From contig JBHGNT010000002.1 of the NCBI GenBank assembly GCA_043228905.1, positions 21,142,001-21,206,000 on the forward strand: a DNA stretch of 64,000 nucleotides, given 5' to 3'. Source of the stretch: Azolla caroliniana. Taxonomy: Eukaryota; Plantae; Polypodiophyta. Positions 53,501 to 64,000 of this stretch are shown here, in pieces. A program made the position numbers and the translations under genes. The notes below the pieces were generated by a model. That model searched no databases. It was not told the origin of the DNA and was given only the letters and a program-made list of their open reading frames with translations. Every line of letters starts with the position of its first letter. Positions within the stretch are counted from its first letter, which is position 1.

Positions 53501-54883
53501 TACTCCATCTACGTCCTATGACCATGCATGCATATAGTGAAAACCAATACGAACGTATTACTGGAGCACAGAATTAATTAAAACCTTATTAATCCAACTT
53601 GTTGTATGCTATGTAAATATCATTATCAAGCAGTGGAAATTCAAAGCACCGTGTGCTTGGCATTCAAAGATAACGCAATATCTTCATCAAATCGGCTTCC
53701 GTATGTCAAAATCGGACAACTCCCTCTCCATACGAAGCGATTCTACTGCATACATTTTTGGCTCTTACTCCATACACTTGTACTTGATTGCACATGTATT
53801 TCTTTGAGTAAAAATTTCAATCTTTGGTATTAAATTTGCTCAAACTATTCCTTGGACCATTCTACACAAGGATTACTAACAAAGTTACTTTATCTCTTCG
53901 AAGTGAGCACATCGTACTCTCTTGAGAGTAGCTTTTCCATACAATACAACAAAACCAATTATTCACCGAATAAGCCTCTCATATTTGACTTATTTGGCGC
54001 TAAGAAATATAGATCTTGCACAATTAATCAAATAGATCTTACAAGAATAACTAGAAAACATTACCTTGGCCAACCGATGCTTGAATAGTATATCATGGAA
54101 TGTCAAAATAATTTTAGCGATGCTAAAAATTACTTTTAAAACACTCATATGTATTGGAGTTCAAACTCTTGTCCACTGGATCAAACCCTCAATTATAGAT
54201 GGAATTATCAACAATTTGTTAGTGCCTATGTCAATCTTTGAACGAGATTCCATGGTAAGGGGTATGATATTAGGACAATCTTAGTAATTTGTTACATATA
54301 GTCTCGAGGTATTTTATGGACTTAGATATTAGTTTCTCCCTGTCTAGCCATGACATCCTACTTGAGGATTGCCACAATCCCTTATGTCTTTTCTATCATT
54401 AATGTGCACGTACAAATTCTTGCTAACATAGATATAAACACATTATCGAGGTCCATTTATCATAAATGATTAACCTTAAGCGATTGATTTTTATGAAAAT
54501 TAAGTGTCATTACTACAACAAAAACAAAAAAAAATTACGTATAGCTAATGTAATACCTTAGAGACAAGCTTTTGCACAAGGTCATTATAGGTTGGGTCTA
54601 CAAGGCCATCTCCATAGCCAATTAATGTGTAATTAATACGATAATTAAGCTTCTCAACGCATTCTTGAAACACATTGATGGCGAAGCCGGAGAAATTGAC
54701 GACGGAGTTGGGCGTGACCGGTATCTCAGACGATTGCCAACTCACAAACTCCTCGAATCCAAGTTTGAGAGGAACAAGGATCTTCAAGTTGGAGGAATTG
54801 GTCGCGTGCGCAGTCGGAAATTCAGGGGAGAAGAAGATGGCAAGCACTAGGAGAGCCGTGATGAGGCCCATCGGAGCATACAT
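44516..54883 (-). CDS. GLR: Glutamate receptor-like ion channel lacking the amino-terminal domain, copy B (457 aa, 5 exons)
   Basis: Exons 54883-54557, 53515-53232, 45521-45490, 45340-44934, 44839-44516; same exon lengths and splice sites as copy A; open frame. Confidence 0.95.
45938..52280 (+). mobile_element. Degenerate Ty1/copia in GLR intron 2 (copy B) with an internal ~2.2-kb tandem duplication
   Basis: LTR 45938-46498 with PBS at 46502; second LTR part 48154-48667 with PBS at 48671; duplicated gag ORFs 46734-47132 and 48903-49301; PPT and 3' LTR 51758-52280. Confidence 0.92.
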
Positions 54884-55034
54884 GGTCGGGGGATGAGAAT
54901 GACGGCCCCAACGGGTGGCCAAGTGTGAACTGAGGGGGTGGAAGGGACGAGGGAGAGAGAGAGAGAGAGGGGTTTATATATGTAATAATGTATGTATACA
55001 TACACATATACATAATATATATCATGTATATGTA

Positions 55035-55079
<45 letters not shown>

Positions 55080-58000
55080 CAGAATGAGCAAGTCATGGTC
55101 TATTGCTCAGAGAGCATCATCTGCAGAGAATCATGCATTTTGGTCAATCCTTCGCTGTAAGGATGGATTGATGTGTCGCTGCTAGAACCAGGAGATTCTG
55201 ATTGAGCTCTCCTCGTTCGTAAGGTCATCTAAAGGGGAGACCCACAGATCATGCATTGCTCAATCGCCATTCAACTCATTGAAAAATTTAATCTGCACAG
55301 ACTCATTATATTCAAACCTCTTTTTCAGGAAATTATGTAGAGAGGAATTCTTTTGAACATCATCTGTGCGCACTACCCTCTGTATCTGTGTTGACCTTGA
55401 GGAGATTCCTACCCAGCATATTCTTCGTATTTTTTTGTTCTTTTTGGGGGGGTATTGTATCGTCTCCCATGATCCATCCTTTTTCCATAACTTCAATAAC
55501 AACATAACATACAATATGCAATTTTATTTGTCTAATCTACGAAATCTAAATAACATAATTTGGATTAGGTTTTTTTTCCACATTTTTTATGGTTTTTTTT
55601 TTCATCATCTATCGTTTTGACCATATTTGCATTACTCTACTTAATATATATGGAAAATGAAGTATAAATCAAGCAAAATGTAATTTGCAATATAATGAGA
55701 TAAATGTCAAAGGCCTACTCTACTTAATCTATCATTCATAAAGTAATGGAAAGCAACATTATCCGTAATATAGTTTAGGGGAGTACAACCCCTTTTATTT
55801 ATAGTTCTTCATTTCCTTTTCTTGAAGTGTTCCTATTACTCCTCCGTTAGTAGTTACCATTAAAATTTGAGCTACATATAGAACTAGATGGTGAGGAATG
55901 TCAAATGGAAATAAAATGGCAAGTCGCAATGATGAAGAGCTTATGCCAATGTTTATATGTATATAAATTAATGCATTTATATTTCTATGATTGTATGCAA
56001 ATGATTGTAAAAAATGTGCGTGTGTAATTGTTATATGCATGTGTAAATGAATGAATGTATGCATTTGTATAAATTAATGATTGTATGTGTATATATGTAC
56101 AAAGTACAATTGTATGTATGTTTATGATTTTATGCATGTATTAAATGTTTCTATATGGCAAATGACTTCTCAAATTTGGCCTTTACATATTCTTTGTTCC
56201 CATATAACTTCATTGCTTCATAAAGTTACAAAGTATAGTGAAGCTTGGGGATGAAGTTTTGGAGAGGACATTCATGCCATCATCTAGACAACCTTCAACC
56301 TTCTTATTTCCATTATCGGGTATAGTAGTGCTCCAACTCAAAGCTTCTAAGGTGCATATTGTTGCACAATGCCAATGGTCCTCTCATATTTTCCAATGTA
56401 GTGTAGGCTAGGCTTGAAGCCTTGGAGATTTATGTCACGGCATTGTCCAAACTATTCCAAGGGATCTCGTTTTCACACATGTTCTTATCTTTAGCCTTAT
56501 CATTGGGCACTTCACGATCAAATGATGCGAAGTTGTTCTACACCACACTTACACCCTTGTTATAATCTTCATGTCCCAATGCATGGACCATTGTATTGAC
56601 CACCTTCTTTCCTTTTATATTATTATCAAGCATTCTAATTCATGAGAAAAATATATCCAATATCTCAAAGGTACTTGGGACTTCATTGTTACATTGTAAT
56701 GTAAGTGTGTATGGTAATGGACACATGCACATTATTCAGGCTATTTATGATTTCATATATATGTACGCATTACCACAATCATATACAAACATCCATATAA
56801 TAATTTATTCATTAACACATTCATGCACGTACATTTATACACTCGTACACATAGATACCTTACGTTTAACAATTCAATTATAAACTAGCATAAATATATT
56901 CAAACTAACATTTATACACAAGATTCTCATTCATACATACACATTCAGTCACACACATATAGCATACATAAATTGATGCACACATTCATTCCTACAATCA
57001 ATCATTCATGCACACACATACATACTAAAATTGTTTATGTACGTGTTTTAGGTATTATGGAACTTATGTTGGAGAAATTACCATCAACCATCCCAGCACT
57101 TATATTCTCCATATAGTTGCACGATGGTATCGGGGTATACAGATGAGGATATAACATCACACTTGGCTCTCTTACAAACGCTTGAGTATGATGACCTCCG
57201 TAAGTGCTTCTCTGATGCCATTGCAAACACACACTAGGAGGACAACTCAAGTACAACCACCAGCACCAGAACCATCACCAAAACCAAGAACACGTATAGG
57301 CACCGTCAAGGGCACTTCCTACATTGTTATCATGTTGCAAATAATGCAATAAGGTTTGATTGAAAGATCCAACTAGACTGACTTGACAAGATGGAGGGTC
57401 TTGAAAGGTTTGTATGTCAAGAAACATTAGCCATATTTTAGTCCATAGTTTCTTGATTATCTTGCTTTATTTTGTAAGGACATACTAGAGGTGTACCAAA
57501 GGTCGTAACCAGCTTGACTTCTAGCATGGGCTGAAACCTACAACTGGTGGGTTTACAAATACATCATCAACTTCCACACGATCACGCGTGACTCTAAGAA
57601 TTGATTGTAATCTTGACAAGAGCCTTGATGGGATTTCTCTAGGAGTTATGGTTTTGTTTAAAAGAGTTAGATGACTTTGTGGAGTCATACCTCCCTCAAA
57701 TAGAGAGACCCATTGAAAGAGTTCATAAAGGTTTTGACATGCTCTCAATGTCATAACATGATCCTATAATAAACACGTTCGCGTTCAGAAGTGGAAGGAT
57801 AGTGCATTCCATTTTTAGATTCTTTTTATAATTTTGCAAATTTATGCAATATATAGAAACTTGTTACATTAGTATCACATGTTCGTCAACCCATATAGAA
57901 TTTGCTAAATTATTAATAGTTAACAAGTTTTAAAGTAAAAAACATGTATTCTTTGAATATTTATAAAGTTGATGATCTCTGAATACAAAATTTATTTAAA

Positions 58001-58395
58001 ATTAAGAATATGACAATTGCTTATTCAATTGAAATGCTATATTATGTAATATGCAAAGTTGGTTGAAATATTGAGAAAATCATGACCTCTAGACATAAAA
58101 TGTAATTAAATTACAGGTTACGGACATGGTGTATACAACATTTGATAGCTATAGTTAGTGATTATGCATTATGCACTCTAATACTTAGTGAATGCGGCCC
58201 GATATAATACCTTACTCTAATGTTAGTAAGAAAGAAGAAAATCAAACATATGGACACTATGGATATAAAGTCCATGTGAAATATCATCTAGAGTTTTCCC
58301 AATACACACACATGAATGAGGACATCCATACACACGTATCATATAGTGGATACACTTGGAGACTCATTATGGTCACACCCAAAAGTAAGGCTTAC

Positions 58396-59046
58396 CAAAC
58401 AAGGTTCTCTACACCATGACAACGAGATCTCAACGCTTGAGCCATAGAATATCTTTGGTCCATGCTATGAAAGACCACTATTCTCCACAAGCTCGTTTTG
58501 GTCAACTTTTGCGAAATCCTTCACCATTTTCTCCAATTGTTTGAACCTAAATGGTTAATCATCATAAGAAGATCCGACCATATATAAATCGTATGGAATA
58601 TCCACAATGAGTAACGTGTACTGCTTCTTTGGCAACTTCTGGATCATCTTTGGCACATCACCATAGTACACATTATAATACAATTCTTGGGTGACATCAT
58701 TTTTGTGGCTAAACTTCTTGAAAGTTCCGTAATCGTCCACATCGAATGCCTTCATTAAGCACCGATTGTTTTGTTTCTGTGCTCTTTCAAGATGGGCAAG
58801 AAAGGAAGCTGGAAAATCATGTTTGTCTTTGACTTCTCCAGGCTTCTTGCTATGACATGGTTTCTATGTGAAACAACAAAAGAAGTAACTCATACATTGT
58901 TCACATATGTAATAAACTAGAATGGAAAATTTCAAATATGTAATACTAACCCAATCCTTAAAAGCAATAAAATATTCCGATAACTCCTTGTATGAAGATG
59001 TAATCGAATACTCTTCAGTCACTTGTTCTCATGTTAAGCAACCAAG
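58396..59046 (-). pseudogene. Spliced beta-class N6A/N4C DNA methyltransferase, N-terminal half (copy B)
   Basis: Exons 59046-58951 and 58863-58396 (87-bp GT-AG intron, in frame); VYYGDVPKMIQKLPKKQYTLLIVDIPY with DIPY at 58591-58602. Confidence 0.72.
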
Positions 59047-62000
59047 TGTTGCCGGTTAGGAACATGGCCTACCCTCAGTCCTTCGGGGTACGTATCAAGG
59101 TGATCGTGGTACAGGGTAGGAAATTGCATAGCGTGTGGAACGTAGTGAGTTAGAGCATTGTGGTGAAAATACGACGAGGATACGTGAACTTGAGGTAGGA
59201 CACCAGGGCTTCCGACCAAAGGATATGAGATTCATGCGTTTATACTTTTAACAATTAATGGAAATGAGAAAATATTGTAATTTTTCATTAGCAAAGGAAA
59301 AGAAAATTACAATATTTCTCATTTTCGTTAATTGTTAAAAGTATAAACGCATGAATCTCATATCCTTTGGTCGGAGGACCCAGGGTCCTACCTCAAGTTC
59401 ACGACACTCGTCGTATTTTCGCAACATCTTTGGTGAACCCAACGTGAAACAAGGCGGTAGGAGGATATCAAGTGCGATGATGGCTTCGACAAGCGGAACT
59501 CAAGGAGAGGAATTAACGAAAGGCATGGTGTTCGTCGTTGAATACATGCTGAAGGTGAGAGATCGGGAGGCTTTAATCGACAAAGATGTTGATTGAACGG
59601 TGGAGATAGTTGGATGGTTTGGTGGCAAGAATATCACAGATTTCCTTGCTACCTATCTAAACGAGATGTAGCAGAGGGATGTCAATGATCTAAAACAAAT
59701 TTCTAGCTTTAAACGTGTGGTGGAACCAGGGATCTGTGAGCGCATAATGGAGATCTAAAATGAGCACACAACTTGGGCGGAGTTCGAAAATGTGGTTCTT
59801 GCTGAATACATGCTTGAAGATGCATCAAGGATGACTCGACATACACTAATGATTTGGATCGAGAAGAAAGGGAAGAATATGTGTGCGGCAGGAGTATATG
59901 CGGAATTTGACGAAAAGTACAACTGACTTCTGAGTGCGGATCAACGAGTTCTCGAAAGAGATAAAGTCTTGCTGTTCTTGAAGGTGGTGGATATGAAAGA
60001 ACGGCGAGAATTGGGCAGCCTTTTGGAGGTTGAAACGCAACCAAATGGCTTGGTAGCGGATTGGGCGGCGGTGAAGAAGGCTTGTAGCCGTCTTGATAAG
60101 CATCGACAATGGTTAGAGGAGACTGATGTGGAGAATCCACAATCGTGGAGGACAATGCCTACAATGATCGAGCCGAGCAAGCTGATCAACAATTTTGACA
60201 AGAAAGCGATGGAGGAATCTATAATCGAAGAGCTCTCCAAGAAGTTTGAAGCTGTATCACTAGCCAACTTAGGTCGACGCGGGCCCAAGGGCAATATGAT
60301 CCACTCGAGCGAGACCCGGAAGCCACTACGAGTGATCTTCGGAAGAGGCGGGATGAAAAGATTGTGGAAGAGGAAGACACAAGGCATGTGGAAGCCATCA
60401 CTATGCTGCATCGGCCGGGATATGACTTGGAAGAGAGAATCTTAAAATGATCAAGCTAGGAGTTGGGTTTTGGCTGACGGTCTTCAAGTGCGAGAAAAAA
60501 GGAAAATCGATTTGGAGGATCTAAAACTTGCTAATCGGAACATGCGACAAGTTATGAGATGGTCTGATCTAATCGATGATAACACTAGCTTTGCGGAGGT
60601 TGTGTGCGATAACTATGAAGCTCTTGTCGAAGAATAGAGGAAAAGAACTGGAGAAGAAGATGGCACATCAAAGCGTTCCAATACGAGGTACGAGGTTCCA
60701 ATAAGAAGAAGGGCAAGCCCAATGGACGCCACGAAGAGAGGTTGGAGAAACAAGCATGAAGCCCAATGGATTGAGCCAACCTGCTCAGATGGAAGTTGAT
60801 GAATCAGCGAAGAAAGAAGAAGAATAAGTGGCACAGACTTACAAGTTAAGGTTGGACATAGAACAAACAACTAACTTGCAGAAGGTCCTTGAGAAGAAGG
60901 CTTTAGATAGTCATGTCGACCTTACTTTGAGAGAACTACTTGGGATCGCGAAGAAGGAGTTCCATGATACTATCGTGGACCTTATTAAGTGGAAGCGGCA
61001 ACAATATGATGAAGGGGAGATGAAAACAAGTGCCATAACCATGACAAGATCGAAAGAGGAGGAGGAAGAAGAAGTGGTGGGAGATAGCCATTACTCTCAA
61101 CCTCATTGGCCAAGAGCGACAACGGAGATGCCGGTGAAGATCGAGAAGAAGAAAGAGACCGTGGTGGCCTTGATTGACCATGGCTTGGAGATCAACCTCA
61201 TGTCGACCGAGTTTTACAAGAAAGGAAGATGGCCGATTAATACAAACCACGGATGGAGGATTTCAGTGGCAACGAAGGCCACATGGACTTGTACGTAGCT
61301 TGCCCCAATGTTAAGGTCACGATCAGGGATGTGGAGATTGATCAACACTTCTTTGTGCAAGACTCGGCTTTGCATCCTGTCATCCTAGGACAACCGTATA
61401 TAACATTGTCCCGGATGGAGACCAAGGTGTTCGATAATGGAGTAGCCTTTGCGTGAGTCAAGAGTCTTGATAGTGAAAGATCTGTTCAACTCCTGATGGT
61501 GCGAGCTAATCACGAAAGGAACTGAGATAGCCTTGGAGGTGAATCCTCAGATTTTTAAAGCGAACTATTGACGCATGGCCCACAAATAGTCTGAGCAATC
61601 AAAAATCTCCACAAGGAAGCAAAGACCGTGGATTGCAAGGAGAAGCAACATGCGTCACACCTAGGGCACATGTAAACTAACACTACTCAACCAGAAGGAC
61701 AAGCATTGGATACAAGACTCCAAGAAGGTGCTAGACGAAGAAAGCATAATCGAAGAAGAAGAATTCCTATCTCATATTCTGGAGGAAGCCTCATTTAACA
61801 ACACCATCGGCGAAATAGAGGAAGTCATGGACTTGAGCTATCCTCACAATCAACATGTGATTTCTGTTAACTCTGTCAACATGTATACTATCATTGATGA
61901 ATATCATCGAGGCATCTTGATGGAGGAAGCTAAAGTCACCACAAAATATAAAATGGTGGATAGGAAGATGAAGCCAATTGCAATTCCGCTACCGGAAGAT

Positions 62001-64000
62001 AGCTGGCAAAAGATGAAGGAAGTTGCAAGAGATCCAAGCTTAAGGAATCCAAAGACAATAGGTCACGTCTTCATTGAAGAGATGAAAGGAAAGGTACAAG
62101 TTGGAAGGGAGGATTTCCTCCCCCTTGAAGAGGAGCGAATGTTCTGCAGAATGCTTGAAAGAATTTGGAATGATGGAATCGGTCTGAGTGTGGATGAATT
62201 TGCCAAGGCGTTTGCGTGCCGGTCCATCTACTCCATTGCTGATCTCTACTCTGGATATGATCAATTCCAGTTGGCGATCAGCAGTCGTGACATTACAACC
62301 ATGAGGACTCCGATCGGGCTTGTGCGGATGTGTACCTTACCTCAAGGTGCAATGAACTTGGTGGCTCATATGGTGAATGCCATGAACAAGGTCTTGAAGG
62401 ATTGCATCCCAAGCATCACGATGCCATTCTTGGATGACAATCCGAGAAAAGGATGTTTGGATGAGGAGAAGGATGAATCGAAAGATAAGGATGGATGCAG
62501 AAAGTTCGTCATGGATCATATGAAAGATTGCGAGAAGGTGCTTCAAATGCTCAAAGATGCGAATTTGACATTTTCGGAAGAAAAAATCTCATTCGGGAAA
62601 CTAGAGATCTTGGTGGTTGGTCACTTGTGTGGAGCATACAGTCAGAAGGCTTCACCATCCAAGGTGAATGCGATCCAAGACATGAAAGAAGAATGAGTAA
62701 CCCAAACGGAGGTTCAAAGGTTCCTTGGAGCATGTGTGTTTTATCATATTTGGATTCCACACTACGCCCACATTGTTGAGCCATTGTATGGTCTACTAAA
62801 GAAGAAGTAGAGGTTCGAATGGATGAGCGAGCATACTTTCTCCGTCTGAAGGCTGAAGAAATTATTGATGGAGGCACCTGCATTATGGAAGGCAGACTAT
62901 TCAAACGGCAAGCCCATTTTCGTGACCGTGGATACTAGTCCGACTGGAATTGGATGGGTTGTCAACCAAGAAGACGAAGATTGCAACCGATATGCAATTC
63001 AGTTTTGCGCAAAAGTGTTAAGTGATAGGCAAAGAAGGTATGCCCAAGTGAAGAGGAAGCTATGGGGAATTGTATCGGCAATCAAGTCTGATCGTGACTA
63101 CCTTATTGGAGGAGAAGTCATAATCGAGACAGATTGCCTACCAATCTTGGGTATGATATGTAGTTGTAGTACACTAGATATTGCCATACTACGTTGGATT
63201 GCATATATCAAATCACTCAACCTAGAGATCCTTCATGTAGCTGGGAAGCGTAACGTCATTGCAGACATACTAGCACGAGAAAGATACGACGGAGAAGAAG
63301 ATCGACATTCTAATGAAGAGGATGTTGGCTTGGATTTCTTTACAAGTTCCTATCCTCGGGTGCTGACTACTTTCATAGAAGAGGACTACGAAGGAGAATT
63401 CGTGGAGATCGGGAAATACTTGAGTTCTCTCCAAAAAGATGAATCATGGTTGACAGAAGACTTCCACCAAATTCGGAAGAAGGGGTACAAGTATTTCCTT
63501 AAGGATGGAGCTCTTTGGAGGCATGCAAAACAGAAGAATGGGACCCCAATGAGAGTTGTTTGCAAGCTGGAAGACCGACAAAAACTAATGTCTGAATTTC
63601 ATGACAATGTTTTTGTAGGCCATCGAGGAATATGGGCTACATTCGCGAAGCTTAAGGAGAAATATTGGTGGTCGTGCATCTACAAAGATGTAGCAACTTA
63701 TGTGGAAACATGTAAGGAATGCTAGATGTTTTCAAATGTTCGCCATCGAGATGAACTTCATCTGACTTACCCGTTGGCTATGCATGACAAGTGGATGGTG
63801 GACATCGTAATGATGCCAATGGGGCGATGGCAAATGAAGTATCTTGTGCTCGCGAGAGAGGATCTTACCAATCAAGTTGAAGGGCTAGCATTGAGAATTA
63901 AGAAGACATCATCAGTATGCAGATTCCTTCTTGGAGATGTTATTTGCAGATGTGGATGCGTCAGCAAGATAGTGGTTGATAGAGGCGAGTTGGATGCCAA
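59047..64000 (+). mobile_element. Degenerate Ty3/gypsy (hairpin LTR 59047-59426, PBS-Trp 59431-59448, gag, PR, RT, RNase H, integrase start); runs off the window
   Basis: Protease ALIDHG; RT DLYSGYDQ..LPQGAMN..PFLDD; RNase H VDTSPTGIG..ETDC; integrase GHRG..CKEC. Confidence 0.93.

Larger units (their letters stand above)
40763..59462. repeat. Segmental tandem duplication, copy B
   Basis: Collinear with 14428-34289. Confidence 0.95.

Noticed and set aside
56261-56744. ~480-bp segment present only in copy B
   Set aside because: Simple microhomology (TTT) deletion in copy A; no recognisable product.

Overview
Repeat-rich eukaryotic nuclear DNA from a land plant (spliceosomal introns, plant GLR exon structure; the retroelement mix suggests a non-seed plant, which is inference). 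Most of the window is nested, degenerate Ty1/copia and Ty3/gypsy LTR retrotransposons. Two things stand out. (1) A ~20-kb tandem duplication carries two intact 5-exon, 457-aa glutamate receptor-like (GLR) genes on the minus strand. In both, a signal peptide is joined directly to the S1 ligand-binding segment, so they lack the amino-terminal domain, and the pore and gate motifs are altered. (2) Remnants of a TIR DNA transposon carry a Sola-like DDD transposase (with a putative BAH/Tudor-like C-terminal domain) head-to-head with an intron-containing, bacterial-type beta-class amino-DNA methyltransferase (NPYQKP...LDLFSGT/GTT). The complementary DIPY-containing half of such an enzyme occurs twice elsewhere in the window. 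All methyltransferase and transposase copies here are pseudogenic. Coordinates and substitution counts were read by eye; no database search was run.
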